Assembly: GCA_015065805.1 (NCBI GenBank)
Contig: SVPN01000004.1
Span: 17,186 to 81,185, forward strand
DNA from: Oscillospiraceae bacterium
GTDB taxonomy: Bacteria > Bacillota > Clostridia > Oscillospirales > Acutalibacteraceae
Length of the DNA: 64,000 bases
Reading direction: 5' to 3'
The position numbers were made by a program, and so were the translations under genes. Positions 26,369 to 35,869 of this stretch are shown piece by piece. The notes beneath the pieces were generated by a model. The model did not search any database and had not been told where the DNA came from. It saw only the letters and a program-made list of their open reading frames with translations. Numbering within the stretch: the first letter of the stretch is position 1; every line of letters starts with the position of its first letter.

Positions 26369-27416
26369 CACAGTAGTCGCACACAAGCATATCGCTCTCC
26401 CTTCGGAAGCTTCTGGGAACATACAGCTCACGGTTCGTAATGCAGTTGGGATTGCCGCAGCAGTGAAGCGAACCGACAGGCAGCGTTGCCAGCTCTTTTT
26501 TCGGCTCCTTAAGCATCGTCATAATCAGTGCCATACGGGCGTACAGACCGTACTCGGTCTGCTCAAAATACTTGGCGCGGGAATCGTCATCCACCTCGAT
26601 GGCGATCTCATCCACACGCGGCAGAGGATGCATCACGATCATATCCTCCTTGGCGAGCTTCATCTTCTCGCCGTCCAGAATATACACGCCGCTCTGCTCG
26701 TGATATTCCTCAATACTCGCAAAGCGCTCCTTCTGGATGCGTGTCATATACAGCACATCCAGCTCGCCGATCACATCGGCAAGGTTGTCCGCCTCAACGA
26801 ATTCACAGCCGCTTTTCACCAGCTGATCGCGCACATACAGCGGGATGCGCAGGGACGGCGTGGAGATCAGCACAAAGCGATTGCCCTTGAAGCGACTCAT
26901 CGTTTTCAGGAGTGAATGTACCGTTCTGCCGTTTTTCAGATCGCCGCACATACCGATGCACAGATCGTCAAACCGCCCTTTTTCGTTTCGCAGAGTCACA
27001 AGGTCGGTCAGCGTCTGCGTCGGATGCAGATGTCCGCCGTCGCCCGCATTGATCACGGGTACACGGGAATACATCGACGCCACCTTTGCCGCGCCTGCCA
27101 TCGGGTGACGCATCGTGATCAGGTCGGCATAGCCGCTGACAACGCGCACGGTATCTTTGAGCGATTCGCCCTTGGCAACCGAGGAATTTTCGGGATCGGA
27201 GAAGCCGATGATCTGTCCGCCCAGGCGCAGCATCGCCGTCTGGAAGGACATCTGTGTGCGGGTGGACGGCTCGTAAAACAGCGTCGCCATCACACGTCCG
27301 TCGCACACGTGCGCATACGCTTCCATATTGTCACGAATGTCGCAGGCAAGGCTTGTCAGCTCTTCCCATTCTTCGGTTGACAGGTCGCACAGATCGATCA
27401 TATGTCTTGTTTGCAT
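26346..27416 (-). CDS. pyrB: Aspartate carbamoyltransferase catalytic chain fused to a PyrI-type zinc-binding domain
   Basis: ORF trimmed to the ATG after GGAGA (MQTRHMIDL...). It has STRTQMSF, HPTQ and HPLPR ATCase motifs over about 305 aa. A C-terminal ~45-aa 4-Cys segment (CCGNPNCIT...CDYCD) matches the PyrI zinc domain. No PyrI allosteric domain is present. Confidence 0.8.
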   Translation of the reverse strand: MQTRHMIDLCDLSTEEWEELTSLACDIRDNMEAYAHVCDGRVMATLFYEPSTRTQMSFQTAMLRLGGQIIGFSDPENSSVAKGESLKDTVRVVSGYADLITMRHPMAGAAKVASMYSRVPVINAGDGGHLHPTQTLTDLVTLRNEKGRFDDLCIGMCGDLKNGRTVHSLLKTMSRFKGNRFVLISTPSLRIPLYVRDQLVKSGCEFVEADNLADVIGELDVLYMTRIQKERFASIEEYHEQSGVYILDGEKMKLAKEDMIVMHPLPRVDEIAIEVDDDSRAKYFEQTEYGLYARMALIMTMLKEPKKELATLPVGSLHCCGNPNCITNRELYVPRSFRRESDMLVCDYCDEHTLLP

Positions 27417-27487
27417 AGCGCATTCTCCTTTATTTTTTACAAGCAACTTTGAAAAAGCGGCGTGCCGTGAGGCACGCCGCCTCTGCA

Positions 27488-28702
27488 TTACAGGGCTTCG
27501 ACGATTGCTTTGGTATCGCGGGCGATAACCAATTCTTCGTTTGTGGGGATCACATAGGCCTTGACGGTCGAATCCGCGCCGCTGATCTCGATCTCGGTGC
27601 GGCGGGTGTTGTTCGCTTCCTCGTTGATCGTCACGCCGAGATACGCGAGAGACTCAAGGATCTCACGGCGAAGATCGCACTGGTTCTCGCCGACACCCGC
27701 GGTGAACACGATGGCATCAAGGCCGCCGAGTGCCGCGACATAGCCGCCGACCAGCTTGCGGATCTGATAGCTTCTCATATCCCAGGCAAGCTGAGCACGC
27801 TCGTTGCCCTCTTCCATTGCCTTGGCAAGGTCGCGGTCATCCGACGACACACCCGAAATACCCAGAATACCCGACTTCTTGTTCATAAGGGTATCCATCT
27901 CCGAAGGAGTCAGACCCTCTTTTTCCATAATAAAGGTGACGACCGAGGGGTCGATCGCGCCGCAACGCGAGCCCATCAGGAAGCCGTCCAGGGGAGTCAG
28001 ACCCATCGTGGTGTCGATGACCTTGCCGTCCTTCACAGCCGCGAGGGACGAGCCGTTGCCGATGTGACAGGTGATAATGCGGGTGCCTTCGGTCTTGCCT
28101 AAAAGCTCACAGCAACGCGCGGTCACATAGCGGTGCGAGGTGCCGTGGAAGCCGTAGCGGCGCACCGCGTACTTCTCATAGTATTCATAAGGAACACCGA
28201 ACATATACGCCTTGGCAGGCATCGTGGAATGGAACGAGGTGTCGAACACGACAACCTGCGGCACTTCCTCGCCGAAAGCGGCAACCGCCGCGCGGATGCC
28301 CTGCACGTGAGCGGGATTGTGCAGAGGAGCCAGCGGCGAGAGCTTGTCGATCTCGTCGATGACCTCGGGGGTGACCAGCACGGATTTGCTGAACACCGCG
28401 CCGCCCTGCACGATGCGGTGACCGATTGCCGCCACCTCGGACAGGGATTCCAGAACCTTACCCTCACCCTCGGTCAAAGCCGCCTTGACGCGACCGAACG
28501 CGACGGTGTGGTTGGGCATATCATACGTTTCCTTATCGATTTCATAGCCGTCCGCCGTCTCATACGAGAACAGACCGCCCTCCAGACCGATACGCTCGCA
28601 GTTACCCTTTGCGATGCACTTCTCGCCGTCCATATCGATCAGCTGATATTTCAGCGACGAGCTGCCTGCGTTGATGACCAGAATCTTCATAATGGTATTC
28701 AT
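27488..28702 (-). CDS. ackA: Acetate kinase
   Basis: KILVINAGSSSLKYQL N-terminus and the full-length ASKHA fold. The start is ambiguous between the ATG at 28702 (MNTIMKIL, GAGG upstream) and 28690 (MKILV). Confidence 0.95.
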   Translation of the reverse strand: MNTIMKILVINAGSSSLKYQLIDMDGEKCIAKGNCERIGLEGGLFSYETADGYEIDKETYDMPNHTVAFGRVKAALTEGEGKVLESLSEVAAIGHRIVQGGAVFSKSVLVTPEVIDEIDKLSPLAPLHNPAHVQGIRAAVAAFGEEVPQVVVFDTSFHSTMPAKAYMFGVPYEYYEKYAVRRYGFHGTSHRYVTARCCELLGKTEGTRIITCHIGNGSSLAAVKDGKVIDTTMGLTPLDGFLMGSRCGAIDPSVVTFIMEKEGLTPSEMDTLMNKKSGILGISGVSSDDRDLAKAMEEGNERAQLAWDMRSYQIRKLVGGYVAALGGLDAIVFTAGVGENQCDLRREILESLAYLGVTINEEANNTRRTEIEISGADSTVKAYVIPTNEELVIARDTKAIVEAL

Positions 28703-28858
28703 CCTTTCCTCTTCTTGCATTTTTCGAGCAAATGCGTTATACTACATATATACATAAGAGATATGTATTTACCATCTTCATATTATAGTACGGTTCGTTC
28801 CGTTTTTCAAGTCATTTTTACATTTTTCACCAAAACCCCGAAAAAGGAGTGCACAGCT

Positions 28859-30070
28859 ATGAAAATCGCCGGTATCGTTGCGGAATATAATCCGTTTCAC
28901 CACGGTCACGCCTATCAGATCGAGCACACCCGCGCCGAAAAAGAAGGCGACGCCTCCCACATCGTGGCGGTGATGAGCACCCATTTCACACAGCGCGGAG
29001 AGCCCGCTCTTGTCGATCCGCACATTCGCGCGCAAATGGCGTTGAAAAACGGCGTAGATCTGGTCATTGCCCTGCCTGTGCCGTGGTCGCTGTCCTCCGC
29101 ACAAGGCTTTGCCGAAGGCGGCGTGTTTCTTCTCCATGCGCTCGGTTGCGTGGATATGCTCAGCTTCGGCAGTGAAAGCGGCGATATCGACGCTCTGCGC
29201 AAGGTGCGCACCCTGTTGGATGATCCGCGCGTCACGGCACGGCTGAGAGGTCTTCTGGATATGGGAATGTCCTATGCCGAAGCACAGCGCAAGGCCGTCA
29301 CCGACATCGGCGGCGAAAACCGCGCGGTGTTGCTGGATACCCCGAACAACACCTTAGGCATCGAATATCTCGGTGCACTCGCACGCCTGAACAGCCCCAT
29401 CGAGCCGTTTACGGTCAAGCGGATGGGCGTAGCACACGATGCCCGCGCGCCCATCGGCGGTATGGCATCCGCCTCCTATCTGCGCGAGGTGCTTCGCGCG
29501 GGACGCACCGCCAACGTTGCCCCGTTTGTCCCGCAAAACGTTTGCGATCTGCTGATCGACGCGGTGGACCGCGGGGTATGTCCGTCCCGCGAAGAGCTTG
29601 CCGAGCGCGCCATTCTGGCGGTATTGCGTCTGCGCACCAAAGAACAGCTTGCCTCCCTGCCCGCTTTGAGCGAGGGGATCGAAAACCGTTTATACAACGC
29701 CATCTGTGAAGCGACCGATTTAGAAGAGCTGATCACCCTTGCGAAAACCAAACGCTATGCCCGCACACGCCTGCAACGGCTGATCTACTGTGCCTTTATC
29801 GGCATCACCGCCGATATGGCAAGCGGGATGCCGCCGTACATCCGCGTACTCGGTGCCACCGAAGCGGGATTGCAGATCCTGCGCGAAGCCAAGGATCGCG
29901 GCACAGCCGTTCCTGTCATCACCCGTGCATCACAGGTTGACGCTCTGGATGACCGCGCCAAAGCGATGTTCCGCCTGGAATGCCGTGCGGCGGATCTTTA
30001 TGCGCTGTCTCTTCCGAAGCCCTATCCCTGCGGCAGTGAAATGACCACCGCCTTGCTCCGCGAGGTATAA
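28859..30070 (+). CDS. tmcAL: tRNA(Met) cytidine acetate ligase (UPF0348/YlbM family nucleotidyltransferase)
   Basis: The real start is the ATG at 28859 after AAAAAGGAG (MKIAGIVAEYNPFHHGHAYQI, HxGH nucleotidyltransferase motif). The upstream 242 codons of ORF 28133..30070 are antisense to ackA. Confidence 0.85.
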   Translation: MKIAGIVAEYNPFHHGHAYQIEHTRAEKEGDASHIVAVMSTHFTQRGEPALVDPHIRAQMALKNGVDLVIALPVPWSLSSAQGFAEGGVFLLHALGCVDMLSFGSESGDIDALRKVRTLLDDPRVTARLRGLLDMGMSYAEAQRKAVTDIGGENRAVLLDTPNNTLGIEYLGALARLNSPIEPFTVKRMGVAHDARAPIGGMASASYLREVLRAGRTANVAPFVPQNVCDLLIDAVDRGVCPSREELAERAILAVLRLRTKEQLASLPALSEGIENRLYNAICEATDLEELITLAKTKRYARTRLQRLIYCAFIGITADMASGMPPYIRVLGATEAGLQILREAKDRGTAVPVITRASQVDALDDRAKAMFRLECRAADLYALSLPKPYPCGSEMTTALLREV

Positions 30071-30100
30071 TCCGTCCCGCACCTTCATACAGTATTAAAA

Positions 30101-30583
30101 ATGCTGTATGGGAGTGTGTTCTCTATGTTTGTGGTTTCGATGAAGGCATCGGGCAAACGCCTGTTCCCCGTGCTGCTGTGTCTTGCGCTGATCGCGGCAA
30201 TGTTGATTGCCGGGCTGTGCTTTCCCACCTCACGCACAATGATGACCGCCGTCTCCGTAGCAGGCGACAGCGACGAAGCCTGCGCCGCCTTTCTGACATC
30301 GCTCGGCTATACACCGTCTCTCCCTGCAAACGATGTGCGGGAAATCACCCTGCCGACCGTGTTCGACGAAGCCCTTGCCGCCTACAATGCCGCACAGTCT
30401 GCAAGCGGATTTGATCTGAGCGGCTATGCGGGGCAACGGGTAAAATACCGCACCTACACTCTTGCCGACAACGCAGGAGTTGCCCATATATATGTATATA
30501 ACGGCCGCATTATCGGCGGCGATATCACGGCGAACGGTATCGCTTCGCCGCTTTCGGGAAGTGTTGATAATGGAACGCCTTGA
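30101..30583 (+). CDS. DUF4830-like membrane-anchored protein
   Basis: An N-terminal TM anchor is followed by FLTSLGY...QSASGFDLSGYAGQRVKYRTY...IYVYNGRIIGGDI, which resembles DUF4830. The start is uncertain; the ATG at 30125 has a better RBS spacing. Confidence 0.5.
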   Translation: MLYGSVFSMFVVSMKASGKRLFPVLLCLALIAAMLIAGLCFPTSRTMMTAVSVAGDSDEACAAFLTSLGYTPSLPANDVREITLPTVFDEALAAYNAAQSASGFDLSGYAGQRVKYRTYTLADNAGVAHIYVYNGRIIGGDITANGIASPLSGSVDNGTP

Positions 30584-31271
30584 CAAATACCTCAGTGCAC
30601 AGACCACCCTCAGCCGCCGTGACGCGACCGCCGCTATCCGCCGCGGTCGTGTCACCGTAAACGGCATTGCGGTGCGCGATCCTGCGCAAAAGCTTGACCC
30701 CGCAATCGCGACTGTCACGCTTGACGGACAAGCTGTTGCCTACCACCGCTATGTATATATATTGTTGAATAAGCCGGCAGGGATTCTGTGCGTCTCCCGC
30801 GACCCGAAGACAGAAACCGTCGTGGATCTGCTCCCCGACGAGTGGCGCACACGCGGGCTGTTTCCCGCAGGTCGTCTTGATAAGGATACCACGGGAATGG
30901 TACTGCTGACCGATGACGGCGACTATGCCCATCGGATGTTAGCACCGAAAAAGCACGTCCCCAAGCGCTATTTAGCCACGTTGGATGCACCCGCCGATCA
31001 GGCGGTCTGCGACGCCTTTAAAAACGGTATGACTCTTGCCAACGGTGAGGTGTGCCTGCCTGCCGATTGCGAGCTCGCCGAGGGGTGCAACGCGGTTGTC
31101 ACCCTGCATGAAGGAAAATACCATCAGGTCAAGCGGATGTTCGCCGCGTGCGGTCGCCACGTGGAACGTCTGCACCGTTTGTCTATGGGTGGTCTTCCTC
31201 TTGACGAATCCCTCGCTCCGGGTGAGTACCGCTTGCTGACCGAAGAGGAAGCGATGACAGTTTTTCTGTGA
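30570..31271 (+). CDS. RsuA/RluB-family pseudouridine synthase with S4 domain
   Basis: MERLDKYLS...SRRDA S4 domain and catalytic GRLDKDTTG motif. ORF 30462 was trimmed to the ATG at 30570. Confidence 0.85.
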   Translation: MERLDKYLSAQTTLSRRDATAAIRRGRVTVNGIAVRDPAQKLDPAIATVTLDGQAVAYHRYVYILLNKPAGILCVSRDPKTETVVDLLPDEWRTRGLFPAGRLDKDTTGMVLLTDDGDYAHRMLAPKKHVPKRYLATLDAPADQAVCDAFKNGMTLANGEVCLPADCELAEGCNAVVTLHEGKYHQVKRMFAACGRHVERLHRLSMGGLPLDESLAPGEYRLLTEEEAMTVFL

Positions 31272-31450
31272 CAGTTTTATGAACATTCGCGAATTTTTAG
31301 TTGTTTTAGATAAACTTCCCCTTGAAACTTTGTAAATTCCAAGTATGGCTATTCTTCGAAAAATTTGGTATAGTATATGTACGATATAAAATCGTTGTGA
31401 GATCCGTCAAGGAGAACACAACGAATCAACATCTTAGGAGGTTTGTTACA

Positions 31451-32596
31451 ATGGCAAGCTTGTCTCTTAAAAACATTTACAAGCGTTATCCCGGCGGTGT
31501 CACCGCGGTCTCGGACTTCAACCTCGAGATCAAGGACAAGGAATTCATCATCCTGGTCGGTCCTTCCGGTTGCGGTAAGTCCACCACCCTGCGTATGATC
31601 GCAGGCCTCGAGGAGATCTCGGACGGTGAGCTCCACATCGGTGACCGCCTTGTCAACACCGTGGCCCCGAAGGACCGCGATATTGCGATGGTGTTCCAGA
31701 ACTACGCTCTGTATCCGCATATGACCGTGTTTGATAACATGGCATTCGGTCTGAAGCTCCGCAAGACCCCGAAGGATCAGATCAAGCGCCGCGTGGAAGA
31801 GGCTGCCCGCATCCTCGACATCGCTCACCTGCTCGACCGTAAGCCGAAGGCTCTCTCCGGCGGTCAGCGTCAGCGTGTTGCTCTGGGTCGTGCAATCGTC
31901 CGTGAGCCGAAGGTCTTCCTTCTTGACGAGCCTCTGTCCAACCTGGACGCTAAGCTCCGTGCCCAGATGCGTACGGAGATCTCCAAGCTTCACCAGAAGC
32001 TCGGTACCACCTTCATCTACGTTACCCACGACCAGGTCGAAGCTATGACCATGGGTGACCGCATCGTCGTTATGAAGGACGGCCTGATCCAGCAGGTCAA
32101 CACCCCGCAATATCTGTATGACAAGCCCTGCAATATGTTCGTTGCCGGCTTCATCGGCAGCCCGCAGATGAACTTCATTGACTCGAAGCTCCTCAAGGAA
32201 GGCGATACCTTCTATGTGGAATTCGGCACCGAGGCTACCAAGACGAAGCGCGAGATCAAGTTCCGCATTCCCCTGCCCGCCTCCAAGAACGCCGACGGCG
32301 CTCTGGATGCCTATGTCGGCAAGGAAGTCATTATGGGTATCCGTCCTGAGGATGTCCACGACGAGCCCCGTCTGCTCGAGCAGTACAAGGACTGCATCGT
32401 GCCCGCTAAGGTCGAAGTGACCGAGCTTATGGGCGCGGAGACCTTCCTGTACCTCGACGTCAACACCTTCAGCTTCACCGCTCGCGTGGAACCCACCTCC
32501 ACTGCCCGCCCGGGTGACGAGAACGTTTCGATCGCTCTTTCGAACGACAAGATCCACCTGTTCGACAAGGACACCGAGCAAACCATCTGCAACTAA
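31451..32596 (+). CDS. Sugar ABC transporter ATP-binding protein (MsmK/MalK/UgpC type)
   Basis: The start follows TAGGAGG. It has Walker [10 protein letters not shown], signature LSGGQRQR, Walker [12 protein letters not shown] and a C-terminal MalK-like regulatory domain. It is an orphan ATPase with no adjacent permease genes. Confidence 0.9.
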   Translation: MASLSLKNIYKRYPGGVTAVSDFNLEIKDKEFIILVGPSGCGKSTTLRMIAGLEEISDGELHIGDRLVNTVAPKDRDIAMVFQNYALYPHMTVFDNMAFGLKLRKTPKDQIKRRVEEAARILDIAHLLDRKPKALSGGQRQRVALGRAIVREPKVFLLDEPLSNLDAKLRAQMRTEISKLHQKLGTTFIYVTHDQVEAMTMGDRIVVMKDGLIQQVNTPQYLYDKPCNMFVAGFIGSPQMNFIDSKLLKEGDTFYVEFGTEATKTKREIKFRIPLPASKNADGALDAYVGKEVIMGIRPEDVHDEPRLLEQYKDCIVPAKVEVTELMGAETFLYLDVNTFSFTARVEPTSTARPGDENVSIALSNDKIHLFDKDTEQTICN

Positions 32597-32608
32597 GATG
32601 TATACAAA

Positions 32609-32645
32609 ACACCGTCTGCTTTCACCGGCAGACGGTGTTTTTTCT
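32609..32645 (+). terminator. Intrinsic terminator of the msmK-like gene
   Basis: ACACCGTCTGC...GCAGACGGTGT hairpin followed by TTTTTTCTG. Confidence 0.85.
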
Positions 32646-32748
32646 GTTTGTCCGCCCTTGATTCTGCCGTTTTATGGTAAATTCCATTAAAAATCCGTAA
32701 ATATTACGAAAAAGACATCGTTTTTTGCGCAAAATTCGGTGTTTTGCC

Positions 32749-32777
32749 TTGAAATTTCACAAAAAATTGTGTACAAT
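32749..32777 (+). promoter_or_regulatory. Candidate sigma-A promoter TTGAAA-17-TACAAT (TGTG immediately upstream of the -10)
   Basis: Read directly, about 80 nt upstream of the CdaR-like gene. Confidence 0.55.
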
Positions 32778-32858
32778 GGTATGTAGGAATATCGCGGATA
32801 CATTTCCGCTTTCATTGAAACCCGTATGTCAAATTTAAACAGCGAGGAGACTTGACTT

Positions 32859-33944
32859 ATGTCGAACAGATTATTTCAGGGCGTTGTTCATCAGATGCGT
32901 GATGCGATCGACCGCACCATCGGTGTGATCGACGAAACCGCTTCCATCATTGCCTGCAGTGACCTCGGCCGCGTGGGCGAGCTCAGCACTGCCGTTACCG
33001 CCGATTCCTTTACGGAAACCGATACGTTTATCAGCGGCGACTACACCTTCAAGCCGTTCGGTTCGCATCCTCACGCGGAGTACATTCTGTTTGTCAGCGG
33101 TACGGATGAGCAAGCGGCAAAATACGCCTCGCTTCTTTCCGTCTCGCTCTCAAGCATCAAGCAATACTATGATGAAAAATACGATCGCGGTAATTTTGTC
33201 AAGAACATCATTCTGGACAATATCCTGCCCGGTGACATCTATCTGAAAGCACGCGAACTGCATTTCAACAACGATGTCAGCCGCGTGGTTCTGCTCATCC
33301 GCATCTCCAACCGCACGGACATCTCCACCTTTGATGTGGTGCAGAACCTCTTCCCCGACAAAACCAAGGACTTCGTCATCAACATCAGCGAAAACGACAT
33401 TGCCCTGGTTAAGGAAGTACGCTCCAACATCGACTCGGCACATCTTGAAAAGCTCGCCCGCTCCATCGTCGATACTCTCGGCAGTGAGTTCTATACCCCT
33501 GCCACCGTCGGCATCGGCACCGTTGTCGAAGGCATCAAGGATCTGGCGCGTTCGTTCAAGGAAGCGCAGGTTGCCTTGGAGGTCGGTAAGGTGTTCGACA
33601 CCGAAAAAACCATCTGCAGCTACGACAACCTGGGCATCGCCCGCCTGATTTATCAGTTGCCCACCACGCTTTGCGAAATGTTCCTGCGTGAGGTGTTCAA
33701 GAAGAGCTCCATCGATTCGTTGGATCAGGAGACCCTTTTCACCATTCAGCGCTTCTTTGAAAACAACCTGAACGTTTCGGAAACCTCCCGCAGACTGTTC
33801 GTGCACCGCAACACACTGGTGTATCGCCTTGAAAAGATCAAGCGTCTGACCGGTCTTGATCTGCGCGAATTTGATGACGCGATCGTCTTCAAAGTGGCAT
33901 TGATGGTCAAAAAGTATCTGCAGGCGAACCCCGTGAAATATTGA
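32859..33944 (+). CDS. CdaR/PucR family transcriptional regulator
   Basis: C-terminal PucR-type HTH (NVSETSRRLFVHRNTLVYRLEKIKRLTGLDLREFDD). Length is 361 aa. Confidence 0.8.
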   Translation: MSNRLFQGVVHQMRDAIDRTIGVIDETASIIACSDLGRVGELSTAVTADSFTETDTFISGDYTFKPFGSHPHAEYILFVSGTDEQAAKYASLLSVSLSSIKQYYDEKYDRGNFVKNIILDNILPGDIYLKARELHFNNDVSRVVLLIRISNRTDISTFDVVQNLFPDKTKDFVINISENDIALVKEVRSNIDSAHLEKLARSIVDTLGSEFYTPATVGIGTVVEGIKDLARSFKEAQVALEVGKVFDTEKTICSYDNLGIARLIYQLPTTLCEMFLREVFKKSSIDSLDQETLFTIQRFFENNLNVSETSRRLFVHRNTLVYRLEKIKRLTGLDLREFDDAIVFKVALMVKKYLQANPVKY

Positions 33945-34130
33945 TACGTCCAAACGAGGCGAGCAACGGGGGAAAGACCGTTGCCCGCATTTCGTTTTTT
34001 ATCCGACCGTTATTTTTCCGTGCGGACAGCCTGCCGACTTTGTTTGTCGGATGTCGGTATTCTTTCGCAATTGCGAAACAGGCTTTATACCGTTGTTTAT
34101 TCTTTGTATGACTAAAGGAGGTGCGTTCCT

Positions 34131-34952
34131 TTGATCGAGTTCAGAGGCGTGCATAAAACATATGATAACGGCACAAAGGCGCTGCGCGATGTCAACATCA
34201 ACATCGAAAAGGGCGAATTTGTGTTTATCGTCGGCTCCTCGGGCGCCGGCAAATCCACCTTTCTCAAGCTCATTATGCGCGAGGAGGTTCCCAACGCCGG
34301 TGAGGTGATCGTCAACGGCTACAAGCTCTCGAAGCTTAAGCGCCGCGAGATCCCGTATTTCCGCCGTACGATGGGCATCGTGTTTCAGGATTTCCGCCTG
34401 ATCCCCACGATGAACGTGTTTGACAACGTGGCGTTTGCTATGCGCGTAACGGGTGCATCCAAGCGCGAGGTGCGCAAACGTGTCCCCTATATTTTGGGAC
34501 TTGTCGGTCTGCAGAATAAAGCTCGTTGCTTCCCGCAGGAGCTGTCGGGCGGCGAACAGCAGCGTGTCAGCCTGGCACGTGCACTTGTCAACAACCCTTC
34601 GCTGATCATCGCGGACGAGCCCACGGGTAATATCGACCCCGAAATGTCCTATGAAATTATGGAGCTTCTCACCGAGATCAACCGCCGCGGCACGACCATC
34701 CTGGTGGTCACGCACGAGCACGATCTGGTGCAGGCATTCAAGCGCCGTGTCATCGTGATCGACGGCGGTACGGTCGTATCCGATGTCCCGCAGGAGGACA
34801 ATGCCGAAACACCGCCCACAGCAGGAAGCGACGTCGTCTCGGATGTGCTGGATACCATTCAGGAAACCGCGGCACCCGAAACCGATCCCGTGGATGCAGT
34901 GCTTGCGGACTTTGCAAGCGATTATAAGGCAAACGGAGGTGACGCACAATGA
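34131..34952 (+). CDS. ftsE: Cell division ATP-binding protein FtsE (with ~45-aa acidic C-terminal extension)
   Basis: TTG start after AAAGGAGGTG. It has Walker [10 protein letters not shown], signature LSGGEQQR and Walker [12 protein letters not shown], and overlaps ftsX by 4 nt. Confidence 0.9.
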   Translation: MIEFRGVHKTYDNGTKALRDVNINIEKGEFVFIVGSSGAGKSTFLKLIMREEVPNAGEVIVNGYKLSKLKRREIPYFRRTMGIVFQDFRLIPTMNVFDNVAFAMRVTGASKREVRKRVPYILGLVGLQNKARCFPQELSGGEQQRVSLARALVNNPSLIIADEPTGNIDPEMSYEIMELLTEINRRGTTILVVTHEHDLVQAFKRRVIVIDGGTVVSDVPQEDNAETPPTAGSDVVSDVLDTIQETAAPETDPVDAVLADFASDYKANGGDAQ

Positions 34953-35869
34953 AGCTGAGCAGTCTCGGATATCTCATCAAAGAAGGCTTTCGCAACATCA
35001 AGCAAAACAGCTTTATGTCCATCGCCTCCGTGCTGGTGCTGGTTTCCTGCCTGTTGCTGTCGGGTGCCGCCTATCTCGTGTTTGTCAACGTGGAATACGG
35101 CTTTGAATGGGCGTACGACCAGAACATCGCCATTGTCTGGGCAACAGAGGATGTTGACGAGGCACAGCTGACAACGCTCGGCGATCAGTTGCGTTCCCTC
35201 AACAACGTCGGCAGTGTGGAATTCATTTCCAAAGAACAGGTTCTGCAGGATTACACCAACCAGATCCCCGAAGCGACCTTTGAGTCGTTGCAGGGAGAAA
35301 ACAACCCGATGCTCGACGCCTACAAGGTCACCTTTGTGGATCTGAACCTTGCCACACAGACGCTGGATCAGATCCGTACCTTTGAGAATGTCGATGATAT
35401 CTCCTACTACGCCGACGTTGCGCAGGTTCTTGTGTCCATCCGCAACGCCGTGATGAAGATCGGCGGTTGCATCATTGCCATGCTGCTGTTCGTGTCCCTT
35501 TTCATCATCTCCAACACCATCAAGCTGACGGTGTACAGCCGCCGCCTGGAGATCGGTATTATGAAATCGGTCGGTGCAACCAAAGCGTTCATCCGACTGC
35601 CCTTTATGGTGGAAGGTATGGTGCTCGGCTTCTGCGCGGGCTCTCTTGCCTTCGGTATTCTCTATTTTGTCTATGCACGACTGATCACGGTGCCCATCGG
35701 ACAGATCCAATTTGTGTCGATGTCCGTTGAGGGTATGCTGGCGACATTCCCCGTGTGGGCGGAACTGCTGGTCGGCTTCCTGCTGATCGGTACGCTGACG
35801 GGTATGATCGGCAGCGGCATCTCCATCGGTCGTTACCTGAAAGAAGAAAGCGGTGTCTCAGTTGACTGA
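34949..35869 (+). CDS. ftsX: Cell division permease FtsX
   Basis: IKEGFRNIKQN N-terminus, a large extracellular loop after TM1 and a C-terminal FtsX permease domain with 3 TM segments. Confidence 0.9.
   Translation: MKLSSLGYLIKEGFRNIKQNSFMSIASVLVLVSCLLLSGAAYLVFVNVEYGFEWAYDQNIAIVWATEDVDEAQLTTLGDQLRSLNNVGSVEFISKEQVLQDYTNQIPEATFESLQGENNPMLDAYKVTFVDLNLATQTLDQIRTFENVDDISYYADVAQVLVSIRNAVMKIGGCIIAMLLFVSLFIISNTIKLTVYSRRLEIGIMKSVGATKAFIRLPFMVEGMVLGFCAGSLAFGILYFVYARLITVPIGQIQFVSMSVEGMLATFPVWAELLVGFLLIGTLTGMIGSGISIGRYLKEESGVSVD

Noticed and set aside
28133-28858. The long N-terminal extension of ORF 28133..30070 (645 aa) as part of the tmcAL gene
   Set aside because: The extension is antisense to the well-supported ackA gene and has arginine/histidine-rich junk composition. 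A good RBS + ATG at 28859 begins the conserved MKIAGIVAEYNPFHHGH N-terminus.
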